DNA of 61,750 nt, the filler included. It is 6 parts of 6 records of this genome, joined end to end, with 100 filler letters (N's around TTAATTAATTAA, not from the genome) between each part and the next. Parts side by side here need not be neighbours in the genome. Positions count along the whole stretch, not along the records: positions 25,399 to 30,998 come from SRR2962707_3626; positions 31,099 to 38,630 come from SRR2962707_3627; 4 more parts are not named here. One strand, written 5' to 3'. The notes beneath the pieces are model-generated. The model did not search any database, had not been told where the DNA came from, and saw only the letters and a program-made list of their open reading frames with translations. Both the position numbers and the translations under genes were made by a program. Shown here piece after piece: positions 28,315-37,090 of the stretch. Positions within the stretch are counted from its first letter, which is position 1. Each line of letters begins with the position of its first letter.

Positions 28315-30875
28315 TCCTCACATAGAATTCGTTCAAATTCTTCTTTTCGGTAAGCTTTTGAAAATATCAAGTCTCCTTTTTCATTGACATAACTCACCAC
28401 ATGAAATCCAGCTTTGCTTAGATGCTGATCTGCGAAGAACAGTGGTTGTTGTTCATTTCCAATGTTGAGAATGTCTGTGAACTCTGGTTTCAGAATAATC
28501 CCCAATCGATTACTGATCAGGCCAAAGCGACCATTTTTCACGAACTTCACGATTTGATGACCTGCCTTGTTATACAAAATTTGAAGTCGCTCCATTGATT
28601 CATAGAGCTCCTCCTCATTGGCATTGATGATATCATGGTAGATGCCATCGGTGATCAGGTACGAAGTGTCATTCCAAGCCTTGATACTTTCATATTTGAA
28701 GCTGATAACCTCATCTTCATTGCCATTTATTAGCCCATACTTTCCATCCTTTTTAGCCAGGTAATGATCATTGACTTTGCTGATTCTGGATTCATAATTT
28801 GGGGGGATGAGGAGGTTGTTGGCAAGATCGAAGCATCCAATCTTCCCTTTCAGAAGTGTAAGAATCAAGCCATCTTTTTCATCCATGCCTTCAAAAACCG
28901 GATTGAGCACGAACTCACCACTGGTATTTACAATTCCTTGCTTTCCTTGACTGGTCACCTTGAACAGGGTGTCATTGATGAATGAAACCTCATCATACTT
29001 ACCATCAAAGATTAGCTCTCCGAACCTGTCATAGACACCTAAGGCACCTTCATTGGTAATTGAAATGAATTCCGGATGGAGAGGGAAGCCTTTCACCTGA
29101 TGTTCTTCCAGTTCCAGCTCTTTACCACCGGAAAAGAGTAGTTTTTTCACCTCGTCTTTGTACACAATGACCGAATTTGTATTGACAAGTTTGATGGAAT
29201 CATATTCTCTTGATGGTTGCAGCCCTGTATGACGAGGAATCAAAAACCAGTCTCGCTCAGTCTTCAAAGCCAACCAACCTTCGTTGGATTCAATGTAGGG
29301 GAAGTAGCGATCAATGATACGCTCATCGGTGTTATTGTAAAGGAGATAGCCGCTTCCAGATTTCAAATACCAGCCTGCTGGGTCAGGATAAATTTCGTAT
29401 TGCCCCCACGGGATGAGAAAATTCAGCTCATTGTCCATGAGGCACTCACGATCATCACGAAAGCCTATCAACATGGTACTATCCACCATCTCTATGTCTT
29501 CGAATTTGAATTCCAGGGAAAGCCCTCGGTCTTCGATTTCCTTTCTGATCAGGTCTTCGGTGTAAACCCCAATCAACCCCTCTTTTTCAAACACCCAGAA
29601 CGTACCGGAAACGTAAATGTCGTCGTATCTGCTTTCGGCAATGGGTAAGCCTGAAAAGGCGAACAAGCCCCATTTGTTTTCTAATTTCACCTTGATCCAT
29701 TTTCCATCCAGCACTTCAGCATCCTGAATTGGATAGGGAAGGATTTTCGTCCCGCTTCTATGGTATAGGTACCACTTCGATTGATGTGAAGCGAGCGCCA
29801 GTCCATTGGAAAGCGGTCTGTATCCGTCAACCTGGTTCAGGATTACCTGATTGTCTTTGCTAACAATTTTACCGGATTTACCGGAAGTGACATACACCCA
29901 ATCATCAGATGAAATGGCACATTTGACATCTTCGATAACATCTTCGTATTGATAGGGAATCTGTTGTACTCCCTCTGCTTTATAAAACCCGAAAAGATCC
30001 CTGTCCATAACGGGGAAAAGTTCTAACTCCGAAAGCCGATATGCAGTTGTAATGGAATCCTTATTAGGGTGCAAATTGATTGCTTCTTGTGGATCGATGT
30101 AATAAAGCAGGTCTGCTGCTTTTTTCTTCAAACTGGTTGACAAGGTCTCTTTAATGAATTTCGTGTATCGCTCTGGAGCATGTGAGGCTGTCGATACCTT
30201 TAGAATGTATTTTCCCACATCATAACTCCACCTGGTAAGCGGATATGTTTGCAGGAACGAGTAGTAGTCTTTCAAAGTACCATTTGCTTCCAGTTTTTTG
30301 TAACGAATCGCATCCAGCAACGAATCTGCTTCTGGTTTGAAAATAGACGCGGGATAGTCCTCAATGAAACGGACGTAACCTGATTCTGTATTGACTTGCC
30401 TGACTCCCAGATAGACCATACTATCTCTCTTAAATATCAGAATGTCCTCATAGATAGAGTTTGGGTACTTATTCCGATAGTCCTGAAGTGTGACAAGAGT
30501 TAGGTCTTTTAAGGTCTCCTGAAACTGAAAATCCCTAATGCTAATGGTCAGCTGATCGAACTTATCCTTTTGCAATCCTTCATCTTTCAGATCATTAATT
30601 ATTTCTTCTGACGCACTTGCAAGGAGTCCGGAAGCTTTGTTGATAGTTACTCGGGCAGAATCAGGGTTGTACTTGTTGTATGTGGAATTAAAAAGCAGGG
30701 TGGCATGATAAAAATAGATGCCTGGATTTTCTGGTTCTTTTTCATACCCTTTTAAAATCAGTTCTTCAGCTTTGTCGAATTCGCTTTTTTCCAACGCCTT
30801 CTGGATTCGGTCCAATGTGCCGAATACCAGTAATTGCGAAGCAATAAGAGCGGTCAGGAGCTGATTAAATGACAT
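28311..30875 (-). CDS. WG-repeat-containing exported protein
   Basis: Repeated (K)WG/YG/FG-L-I-x-x-x-G ... P-x-Y-E/D units after a helical N-terminal region. Confidence 0.8.
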   Translation of the reverse strand: MSFNQLLTALIASQLLVFGTLDRIQKALEKSEFDKAEELILKGYEKEPENPGIYFYHATLLFNSTYNKYNPDSARVTINKASGLLASASEEIINDLKDEGLQKDKFDQLTISIRDFQFQETLKDLTLVTLQDYRNKYPNSIYEDILIFKRDSMVYLGVRQVNTESGYVRFIEDYPASIFKPEADSLLDAIRYKKLEANGTLKDYYSFLQTYPLTRWSYDVGKYILKVSTASHAPERYTKFIKETLSTSLKKKAADLLYYIDPQEAINLHPNKDSITTAYRLSELELFPVMDRDLFGFYKAEGVQQIPYQYEDVIEDVKCAISSDDWVYVTSGKSGKIVSKDNQVILNQVDGYRPLSNGLALASHQSKWYLYHRSGTKILPYPIQDAEVLDGKWIKVKLENKWGLFAFSGLPIAESRYDDIYVSGTFWVFEKEGLIGVYTEDLIRKEIEDRGLSLEFKFEDIEMVDSTMLIGFRDDRECLMDNELNFLIPWGQYEIYPDPAGWYLKSGSGYLLYNNTDERIIDRYFPYIESNEGWLALKTERDWFLIPRHTGLQPSREYDSIKLVNTNSVIVYKDEVKKLLFSGGKELELEEHQVKGFPLHPEFISITNEGALGVYDRFGELIFDGKYDEVSFINDTLFKVTSQGKQGIVNTSGEFVLNPVFEGMDEKDGLILTLLKGKIGCFDLANNLLIPPNYESRISKVNDHYLAKKDGKYGLINGNEDEVISFKYESIKAWNDTSYLITDGIYHDIINANEEELYESMERLQILYNKAGHQIVKFVKNGRFGLISNRLGIILKPEFTDILNIGNEQQPLFFADQHLSKAGFHVVSYVNEKGDLIFSKAYRKEEFERILCED

Positions 30876-30998
30876 AGGGCAAAGAAAAGCAGTCTGAATT
30901 CAAATTCATGATTAACAAAAACTTTCTTATGAAAGGCAACTAAAACTTCAATCAAATGGTTATATTTACTATCTACATTTACAGGCGAGTAAATTAGG

Positions 30999-31098
30999 NN
31001 NNNNNNNNNNNNNNNNNNNNNNNNNNNNNNNNNNNNNNNNNNTTAATTAATTAANNNNNNNNNNNNNNNNNNNNNNNNNNNNNNNNNNNNNNNNNNNN
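30999..31098. other. Artificial contig linker
   Basis: N44-TTAATTAATTAA-N44. Confidence 0.98.
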
Positions 31099-31153
31099 GA
31101 GAAGAGAATATAGATTTTGTGTTCTTATGCTTTTTTGAATTTTTAGTTTATCA

Positions 31154-31219
31154 CAAACTACAAACCAAAAACCAAAAACTACTGCCTACTGAACACTGTC
31201 TACTGAACACTGCCTACTG
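31154..31219. repeat. Degenerate heptamer tandem array (9 units)
   Basis: CAAACTA CAAACCA AAAACCA AAAACTA CTGCCTA CTGAACA CTGTCTA CTGAACA CTGCCTA CTG. Confidence 0.85.
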
Positions 31220-31249
31220 TTATAGAAGAGTCGGGAGTAAAAAAGGAGC

Positions 31250-31292
31250 CTGTGGAAGTCATCCTTCGACAGGCTCTGGATGACTTCGACAG
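31250..31292. repeat. REP-like palindrome / hairpin downstream of the amidohydrolase operon
   Basis: CTGT-G-GAAGTCATCC...GGATGACTTC-G-ACAG; contains CCTTCGACAGGCTC-GGATGAC, resembling a Bacteroidota intergenic repeat. Confidence 0.7.
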
Positions 31293-31305
31293 ACAGCTAT
31301 AGTAT

Positions 31306-32601
31306 TTATTGTTGTTTGTATTTATTGCTATAACGGTGCCATAATTCCGTTTGATGTGTTTCTAGGCTAATAGCTCGACCTTGAATAAAAGCATTACTAA
31401 TAATATTGGTACGCATATCAAGCGCATCTCCTTCAGAAATAAATAATGTAGCATCTTTTCCTGTTGTAATAGTTCCAGCAAAAGCATCAATTCCTGCAAT
31501 TTTAGCTGCATTTTCGGTTATTAACTGTACCGCTTTTTCTTTCTCTAATCCATAGGCAGCAAAAGTTCCTGCGTAAAAAGGTAGATTACGAGTGTTCATG
31601 CGTTCCATACCTCCAGAAGGATCGATCCCGCATAGTACTCCAGCTTTATTTAAAAGAGAGGCTAGCATGAATGTATGCTTTATATTTTCATCATTATTAG
31701 ATGGTAAGCGGTGTGGACGTTGAATAACAACTGGAATGTTTTTGGAAGCTAACATATTTGAAACTTTATCTGCTTGGTCTCCCCCTACAATAACCATATT
31801 TTGGACACCTATTTTTTCTCCGAAGTTAATAGCATCTGTAATTTCTCGAGCTCCATCTACATGGATAAATAGTTTTTTTGAACCATTAAAAAGTCCTTCG
31901 GTAGCTTCAAAAGGGAGATTTCTTGGCTTTTCATCTCCAGAGAAATACGCTTTAGCTTCTGTAAGAAAGCTTGTTACTTCGTTTATTTCATTATTATAAT
32001 CTTCATTTGGTTTAAGACCTGGTTCTTCTCCTCTCCATGGGCGACCTCTTTTTAAGCTATTTGGCCAATTAAGATGAATAGCGTCATCGGTTTTTATGGC
32101 AGCATCTTCCCAGTTCCAAGCATCAAATTGAACCACAGAAGAAGTCCCAGAAATTCTCCCTCCACGAGGAGTTATTTGACCCATAAGTACTCCGTTAGGA
32201 CGCATAGATTCTACTATTTTTGATTCTGCATTGTAGGCAATTAGACTTCTAATATGTGGTAGCAGCGACCCAACTTCGTCTTCATCGTCGGTGGCTCTTA
32301 CCGCGTCTATTTCTACAAGACCTAAAGTAGAGTTCAAAGCAATAAATCCAGGATATACATGCTTATTACTAGCGTCAATTACTTGGTTGTAATTAGAGGT
32401 ATTCGCTTCGGAAGCCTTCCCAATAAAAGTTATTTTACCATTTTCAAACCCAACCGCACTGTTTTCAATAACAGTTCCATTACCAATATGAGCAGTAGCT
32501 CCTGTTATTAAAATACTCTCCTTTTGTGCTGGGGCAGGTGTTTGTTGCGCTACAGAAATAGTAACGAACATTATTAGTATGAGTTGTATTATGTTTTTCA
32601 T
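31306..32601 (-). CDS. Secreted amidohydrolase-family protein lacking the HxH motif
   Basis: Signal peptide from MKNIIQ (32601); HVYPGFIALNST in place of PGFIDxHxH; GKDATLFISEGD. Confidence 0.88.
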   Translation of the reverse strand: MKNIIQLILIMFVTISVAQQTPAPAQKESILITGATAHIGNGTVIENSAVGFENGKITFIGKASEANTSNYNQVIDASNKHVYPGFIALNSTLGLVEIDAVRATDDEDEVGSLLPHIRSLIAYNAESKIVESMRPNGVLMGQITPRGGRISGTSSVVQFDAWNWEDAAIKTDDAIHLNWPNSLKRGRPWRGEEPGLKPNEDYNNEINEVTSFLTEAKAYFSGDEKPRNLPFEATEGLFNGSKKLFIHVDGAREITDAINFGEKIGVQNMVIVGGDQADKVSNMLASKNIPVVIQRPHRLPSNNDENIKHTFMLASLLNKAGVLCGIDPSGGMERMNTRNLPFYAGTFAAYGLEKEKAVQLITENAAKIAGIDAFAGTITTGKDATLFISEGDALDMRTNIISNAFIQGRAISLETHQTELWHRYSNKYKQQ

Positions 32602-32694
32602 GTGTTTATTTTTATTGTTTTTAGCGGTCACATAGAACATCCAAATAATTATTCCGCTATGTGCCTAAAAATTAGACCTGGATGTTTCATTTTT

Positions 32695-35600
32695 TTACAA
32701 TTGATAGATTAAAGTGTCACAATGGAATTCTTCTTCCTCTTTTACTTTTGGAGCCTGAGTTTTTACCCCTTTATTCTTCTCTCGAATCATCATATTGATA
32801 AGCTCATTTTTAGTTTGCTGAACTTCTTTTTCTACTTGCTGCATTTTCTCATAATCATAATATACAGCTCCTTCAATAATAGTTTTTTCAGCAACGGCAT
32901 AAACAGACATAGGGTGATTGCTCCAAAGTACAACATCAGCATCTTTACCTTCTTTAATACTTCCAATTCTGTCGTCTAAATGCAAAAGTTTAGCAGGATT
33001 TATAGTAACAAACTTCCATGCTTCTTCTTCGCTCATGCCTCCATATTTTACTGTTTTTGCAGCCTCTTGGTTTAGGCGTCTAGACATTTCGGCATCATCA
33101 GAGTTTATGGCTACTGTAATACCTTGATTGTGCATAATTGCTGCATTATAAGGAATAGCGTCGTTTACTTCATATTTGTATGCCCACCAATCGGAAAAAG
33201 TAGAGCCGCCAACTCCGTGTTCCTTCATCTTATCGGCAACTTTGTAACCTTCTAAAATATGAGTAAAAGTATTTATATTGAAGTCAAATTTATCTGCAAC
33301 CTTCATTAGCATATTAATTTCACTTTGCACATAAGAGTGACAAGAAATAAAGCGTTCTTTATTTAAAATTTCAGCTAAAGTTTCCATCTCTACATCATAA
33401 CGAGGAGCTTTAGATTTTGATTTTTTTGAAGAAGATGAATTGTTAAAAGCTTTCCATTGCTCATCATATTCTTTAGCACGCTGGAAGTAATCGGTAAAAA
33501 CTTGCTCAACTCCCATGCGCGTTTGTGGGAAACGGATGGTGTTATTGCTTCCCCAATTAGATTGTTTAACATTTTCTCCCAAGGCAAATTTTATAAATTT
33601 TGGTCGGTCTTTTAATAATAAATTATCAGCATCTTCTCCCCATTTTAATTTAATAATTGCTGAACGTCCTCCAATTGGATTAGCCGAACCGTGTAAAATT
33701 TGAATGGTAGTAACTCCACCAGAAAGGTTTCTGTAAATATTTGAATCGTCTGGATTTACAACATCTTCAATAGTTACTTCTGCCGAACTGTTATGACCGG
33801 CTTCATTAATAGCTGCAGCAGCAATATGGGAATGCTCATCTATAATTCCTGCGGTAAGGTGTTTCCCCGTAGCATCAATTACAGTTGCCCCAGAACCAGA
33901 AAGGTCTTTTCCTATTTTTGCAATCTTTCCATTTTTAATTAAGACATCGGTATTTTCTAAAACCCCAGCATCTTCACTTGTCCAAACCGTAGCATTTTTA
34001 AATAAAATAGTTTGTTGTGTAGGAAGTGTTTTTACGCCATAAGCTTTGTTTGGATAAGTAACTGGTAATAATTTAGGAAGTTCATTATCTTCTTTTTTAT
34101 CAGTTTCTTTTTCTTCGGAAGATTTTTTAACGGCTGTCCATGTTGCATTATTTCCGTTGGTTAGAACTGCCGTACCGCTTAGATTTCCTTCCGTAGCAAC
34201 TTTAGTAGAAAGTCTGATAAACTCATCTTTATTAGTAGCTCCTTCTGGATTGTAAAAAAGCGTTAGCCACCCGTTATTGTATGAAGCATTGGAAGCTATT
34301 TTAGTAGTTCCTTGCTTTAAGGTAGATTTTATTTTTTCAGGTTCGCCATCTATTTTTAAAGTATAGCTATTTCCATTTAAAGTAAGCGTATAATCTCCTC
34401 TAACATCAATTATATTTATGTTGTTTACCACATATTTAGAGCCTTGTACCCAGTTTTCATAGAGGGTAGTTTCTTTTTCAAAAATATCTCCAGAGGTAAT
34501 TAAAAAGTTTGCATAATGCCCTTTCTCTAAGCTTCCAATCTCATCTGCTTTATTTAAAAGCGTTGCAGGAGTAGTTGTAAGCGCTTCTAAAGCTTTAGTC
34601 TTGTCCAAACCGTAGGCAATAGCTTTTAATAAATTGCTTTTAAAATCGGTTGTTTTTTTGTTGTCAGAAGCAGTAAAAGCAAAGGTAATATTGTTGTCTG
34701 CTAATACTTTTGGATTGGTAGGGGCTTGGTTCCACAGAAGCATTTCTTCTAGGGCAATTTTGTTAGCAATATATGGATCGGTAACGTCATATGCTTCAGG
34801 GAAGTCTAATGGAATAATGTAAGAGGTATTTGTTTTTGTAATTTCTTCGATGCGCTCAAATTCATTTCCGCCACCTTTTATAATATAGTTCAATTTAAAC
34901 TCGTCTCCGAGTTTGTCTGCGCGGATGTCGTTGTACTTATCATTAGCTACAAATATCTGCGGAAGACTTTTATTATTATTTAAAGCTTCTAATGATAAAT
35001 CTTTCCCATCAGCATTTCCATTTTGGTACCATTCAGCATCATAATACATTTGACGTAAAAGTGCTATAGCTCCCATAAGCGATGTTGGGTACGCCTGCCT
35101 TGAAGTATTACTTTTTTCAAAAGACAAAACTTGCGATGCTTTTTGAGTAATAATACGTTTGCTATTAGAAGCATCGTTGTTTAATGCTATTAAAGAACTT
35201 GTACCTCTTACAATTCCATCGGAAATATGAGAGTTTACTACTCCAAATCCAGCTTTAAGTAATTCTTTAGCTTTTTTCTTATCAAAAGCGAAGTTTTCAA
35301 CAGCGTTGTTTTCTGGCATAATATGGTCGTTCCAATAATACCCTTCTCTTGAGGCATCGTATTGCGGACTGTTATCCGATTGTGGTTTTTTAGGTTCAGC
35401 AATACCAAAATCGGAATACATATCAATAAAAGAAGGATAAATGTATTTACCATTTAAATCAATACTTACTGCATTTTCTGGAATACTCACAGAGTTTCCA
35501 ACAGCAACTACTTTTCCATTTTGAATAAGTAAAGTTCCATTATCTAAAATTTTAGTTGGAGAAACATAGATTTTAGCATTTTTAAATGCTGTGTAATTTG

Positions 35601-35700
35601 AGTTTTTAGTTTTAACACCGTCATTTTTTGGGAAGTATTCCTGTGCAGAAACAGTAATACAAAAACAAAACAGTGCTAGAAGGCATAATTTTAGCTTCAT
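32695..35700 (-). CDS. Secreted double-domain amidohydrolase-family protein
   Basis: Domain 1 IYPSFIDMYSD (degenerate); domain 2 AGIIDEHSH, FTHILEG, NSDD, GKDADVVLW. Confidence 0.9.
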   Translation of the reverse strand: MKLKLCLLALFCFCITVSAQEYFPKNDGVKTKNSNYTAFKNAKIYVSPTKILDNGTLLIQNGKVVAVGNSVSIPENAVSIDLNGKYIYPSFIDMYSDFGIAEPKKPQSDNSPQYDASREGYYWNDHIMPENNAVENFAFDKKKAKELLKAGFGVVNSHISDGIVRGTSSLIALNNDASNSKRIITQKASQVLSFEKSNTSRQAYPTSLMGAIALLRQMYYDAEWYQNGNADGKDLSLEALNNNKSLPQIFVANDKYNDIRADKLGDEFKLNYIIKGGGNEFERIEEITKTNTSYIIPLDFPEAYDVTDPYIANKIALEEMLLWNQAPTNPKVLADNNITFAFTASDNKKTTDFKSNLLKAIAYGLDKTKALEALTTTPATLLNKADEIGSLEKGHYANFLITSGDIFEKETTLYENWVQGSKYVVNNINIIDVRGDYTLTLNGNSYTLKIDGEPEKIKSTLKQGTTKIASNASYNNGWLTLFYNPEGATNKDEFIRLSTKVATEGNLSGTAVLTNGNNATWTAVKKSSEEKETDKKEDNELPKLLPVTYPNKAYGVKTLPTQQTILFKNATVWTSEDAGVLENTDVLIKNGKIAKIGKDLSGSGATVIDATGKHLTAGIIDEHSHIAAAAINEAGHNSSAEVTIEDVVNPDDSNIYRNLSGGVTTIQILHGSANPIGGRSAIIKLKWGEDADNLLLKDRPKFIKFALGENVKQSNWGSNNTIRFPQTRMGVEQVFTDYFQRAKEYDEQWKAFNNSSSSKKSKSKAPRYDVEMETLAEILNKERFISCHSYVQSEINMLMKVADKFDFNINTFTHILEGYKVADKMKEHGVGGSTFSDWWAYKYEVNDAIPYNAAIMHNQGITVAINSDDAEMSRRLNQEAAKTVKYGGMSEEEAWKFVTINPAKLLHLDDRIGSIKEGKDADVVLWSNHPMSVYAVAEKTIIEGAVYYDYEKMQQVEKEVQQTKNELINMMIREKNKGVKTQAPKVKEEEEFHCDTLIYQL

Positions 35701-35732
35701 GTTTTAAGTTTGAGTTATGAATTAGTTAAATG

Positions 35733-35834
35733 AGTTTACTCGATTATCGAGATTTAAATGCTCCGAGGCTTGCCTCGAAATCAAAATATTTTCCTATTTA
35801 AACGCCTCGTGGGCTTGCCTTGAGGTAGTTTACT
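35733..35834 (-). mobile_element. Miniature palindromic element (PATE/MITE-like, possibly IS200/IS605-derived)
   Basis: AGTTTACT at both ends (35733, 35827); hairpins CTCGAT-T-ATCGAG, CGAGGC-TT-GCCTCG and CCTCGTGGGC-TT-GCCTTGAGG; GC-rich island in AT-rich intergenic DNA. Confidence 0.6.
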
Positions 35835-35882
35835 GGTAAAAATATGATTTTTTGTTTCAAAATCAACAATTAATAGGCAGAA

Positions 35883-36950
35883 CTATAATTTTTTATCTTT
35901 ATAATAATTTACCAATAGCGCCACTACATAACTATAACTTTTTAAGCCCTTTTTTTGATTATTTGCTTTTAGGAAAGAATTGAAAGTATTCTTAAAAAAG
36001 GGTTCTGCTTTGGTTTTATGTCTTCTCCAGAAATTGGCTACTTCGATATAGTTTTTTATAATTCCAGGATGAATTTCGGTGTTAAATTGATCATATTTTT
36101 TAATATCTCTTCGTTTTACTTCAGCTAAACAATAGCGAAGCACATAAATATATCCTGAGTATTTAAAATATAAATCGTTGTTGGAGGTAGCAGCTAGAAA
36201 GGCTACAAAATTAGCTTCATTCTCCGCAGAATAACCTATTTGATGCGCTTCTTCATGGCAGCTTACGGTAGGATATTTAAAGTCTATTTGCAGTCCGTTT
36301 ACTTGTGCTTCATTGGTAAAAGGATTTAGATATCCACTGTACCCCATATAAGTTAAAGCAGTGCTATAAAGAGAGGTTTTTATGCTTTTTGGATAGTAAG
36401 TAAAAGCAGGAATCTCTTTGGATAGGATTTGATATCCATCTAGTGTTTTTTGGTAAATTTCTGCTTTTGAATATGGGATTTTTACTATTAAGGAATCGTT
36501 TTGTGTTAGTTGAAAGTGAGTTTCGTTACTTTTTTTAATGAGTTGTTCTGTAAAACTGTAAAGTTCTTCGGAAGTATAGGTATCAGAAATAGTTAGTTTT
36601 TCATGAATGGGAAGACGGTAATAATTTAAACCCCATAATAGATGAAACAAAAAATAAATGGTAGAAATGGCCATAAATAGTTCCCGAAAAAAATATTTTG
36701 AATTGGTAATAAGAGTTTTTCCTTTCAGAATAAAAAATCGAATAATTAAAATGGCAAGGGCTGTATAAAGAATATCTCCTACAGAAAAAGGAATCCATCC
36801 TAATAAAAATCTAGAAGTCTTAGCAATGCCTTGATATAAAAAATTACTGTAGTATTTTTCTACAATTTCAGGATAGTAAGCCAACCATTTTATCAAAATA
36901 AATTGAGGAATTATGGAAAGTGCTATATACGTTTTAATTCGGTCGGACAT
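35883..36950 (-). CDS. DUF3810 domain protein (putative membrane zinc peptidase)
   Basis: PFSVGD; WGLNYYR; GYLNPFTNEAQVN; HEEAHQIG...ENEANF. Confidence 0.88.
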   Translation of the reverse strand: MSDRIKTYIALSIIPQFILIKWLAYYPEIVEKYYSNFLYQGIAKTSRFLLGWIPFSVGDILYTALAILIIRFFILKGKTLITNSKYFFRELFMAISTIYFLFHLLWGLNYYRLPIHEKLTISDTYTSEELYSFTEQLIKKSNETHFQLTQNDSLIVKIPYSKAEIYQKTLDGYQILSKEIPAFTYYPKSIKTSLYSTALTYMGYSGYLNPFTNEAQVNGLQIDFKYPTVSCHEEAHQIGYSAENEANFVAFLAATSNNDLYFKYSGYIYVLRYCLAEVKRRDIKKYDQFNTEIHPGIIKNYIEVANFWRRHKTKAEPFFKNTFNSFLKANNQKKGLKSYSYVVALLVNYYKDKKL

Positions 36951-36955
36951 ACTGT

Positions 36956-37070
36956 CAAAAATAGAAATTATTTAGTTGATAAAAATGCTCTTAACATACT
37001 AATAAGAAGTTATGTTTTCCGACTTTTATAATAGCCTTGTAATTTATTAAAAAAGCAATGCTTATTTTTG
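36956..37070. promoter_or_regulatory. Divergent Bacteroidota -7 promoters
   Basis: TATTTTTG on minus at 36956-36963 (DUF3810) and on plus at 37063-37070 (pepD). Confidence 0.6.
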
Positions 37071-37090
37071 TGAAAATCTAAGTTATAAAT

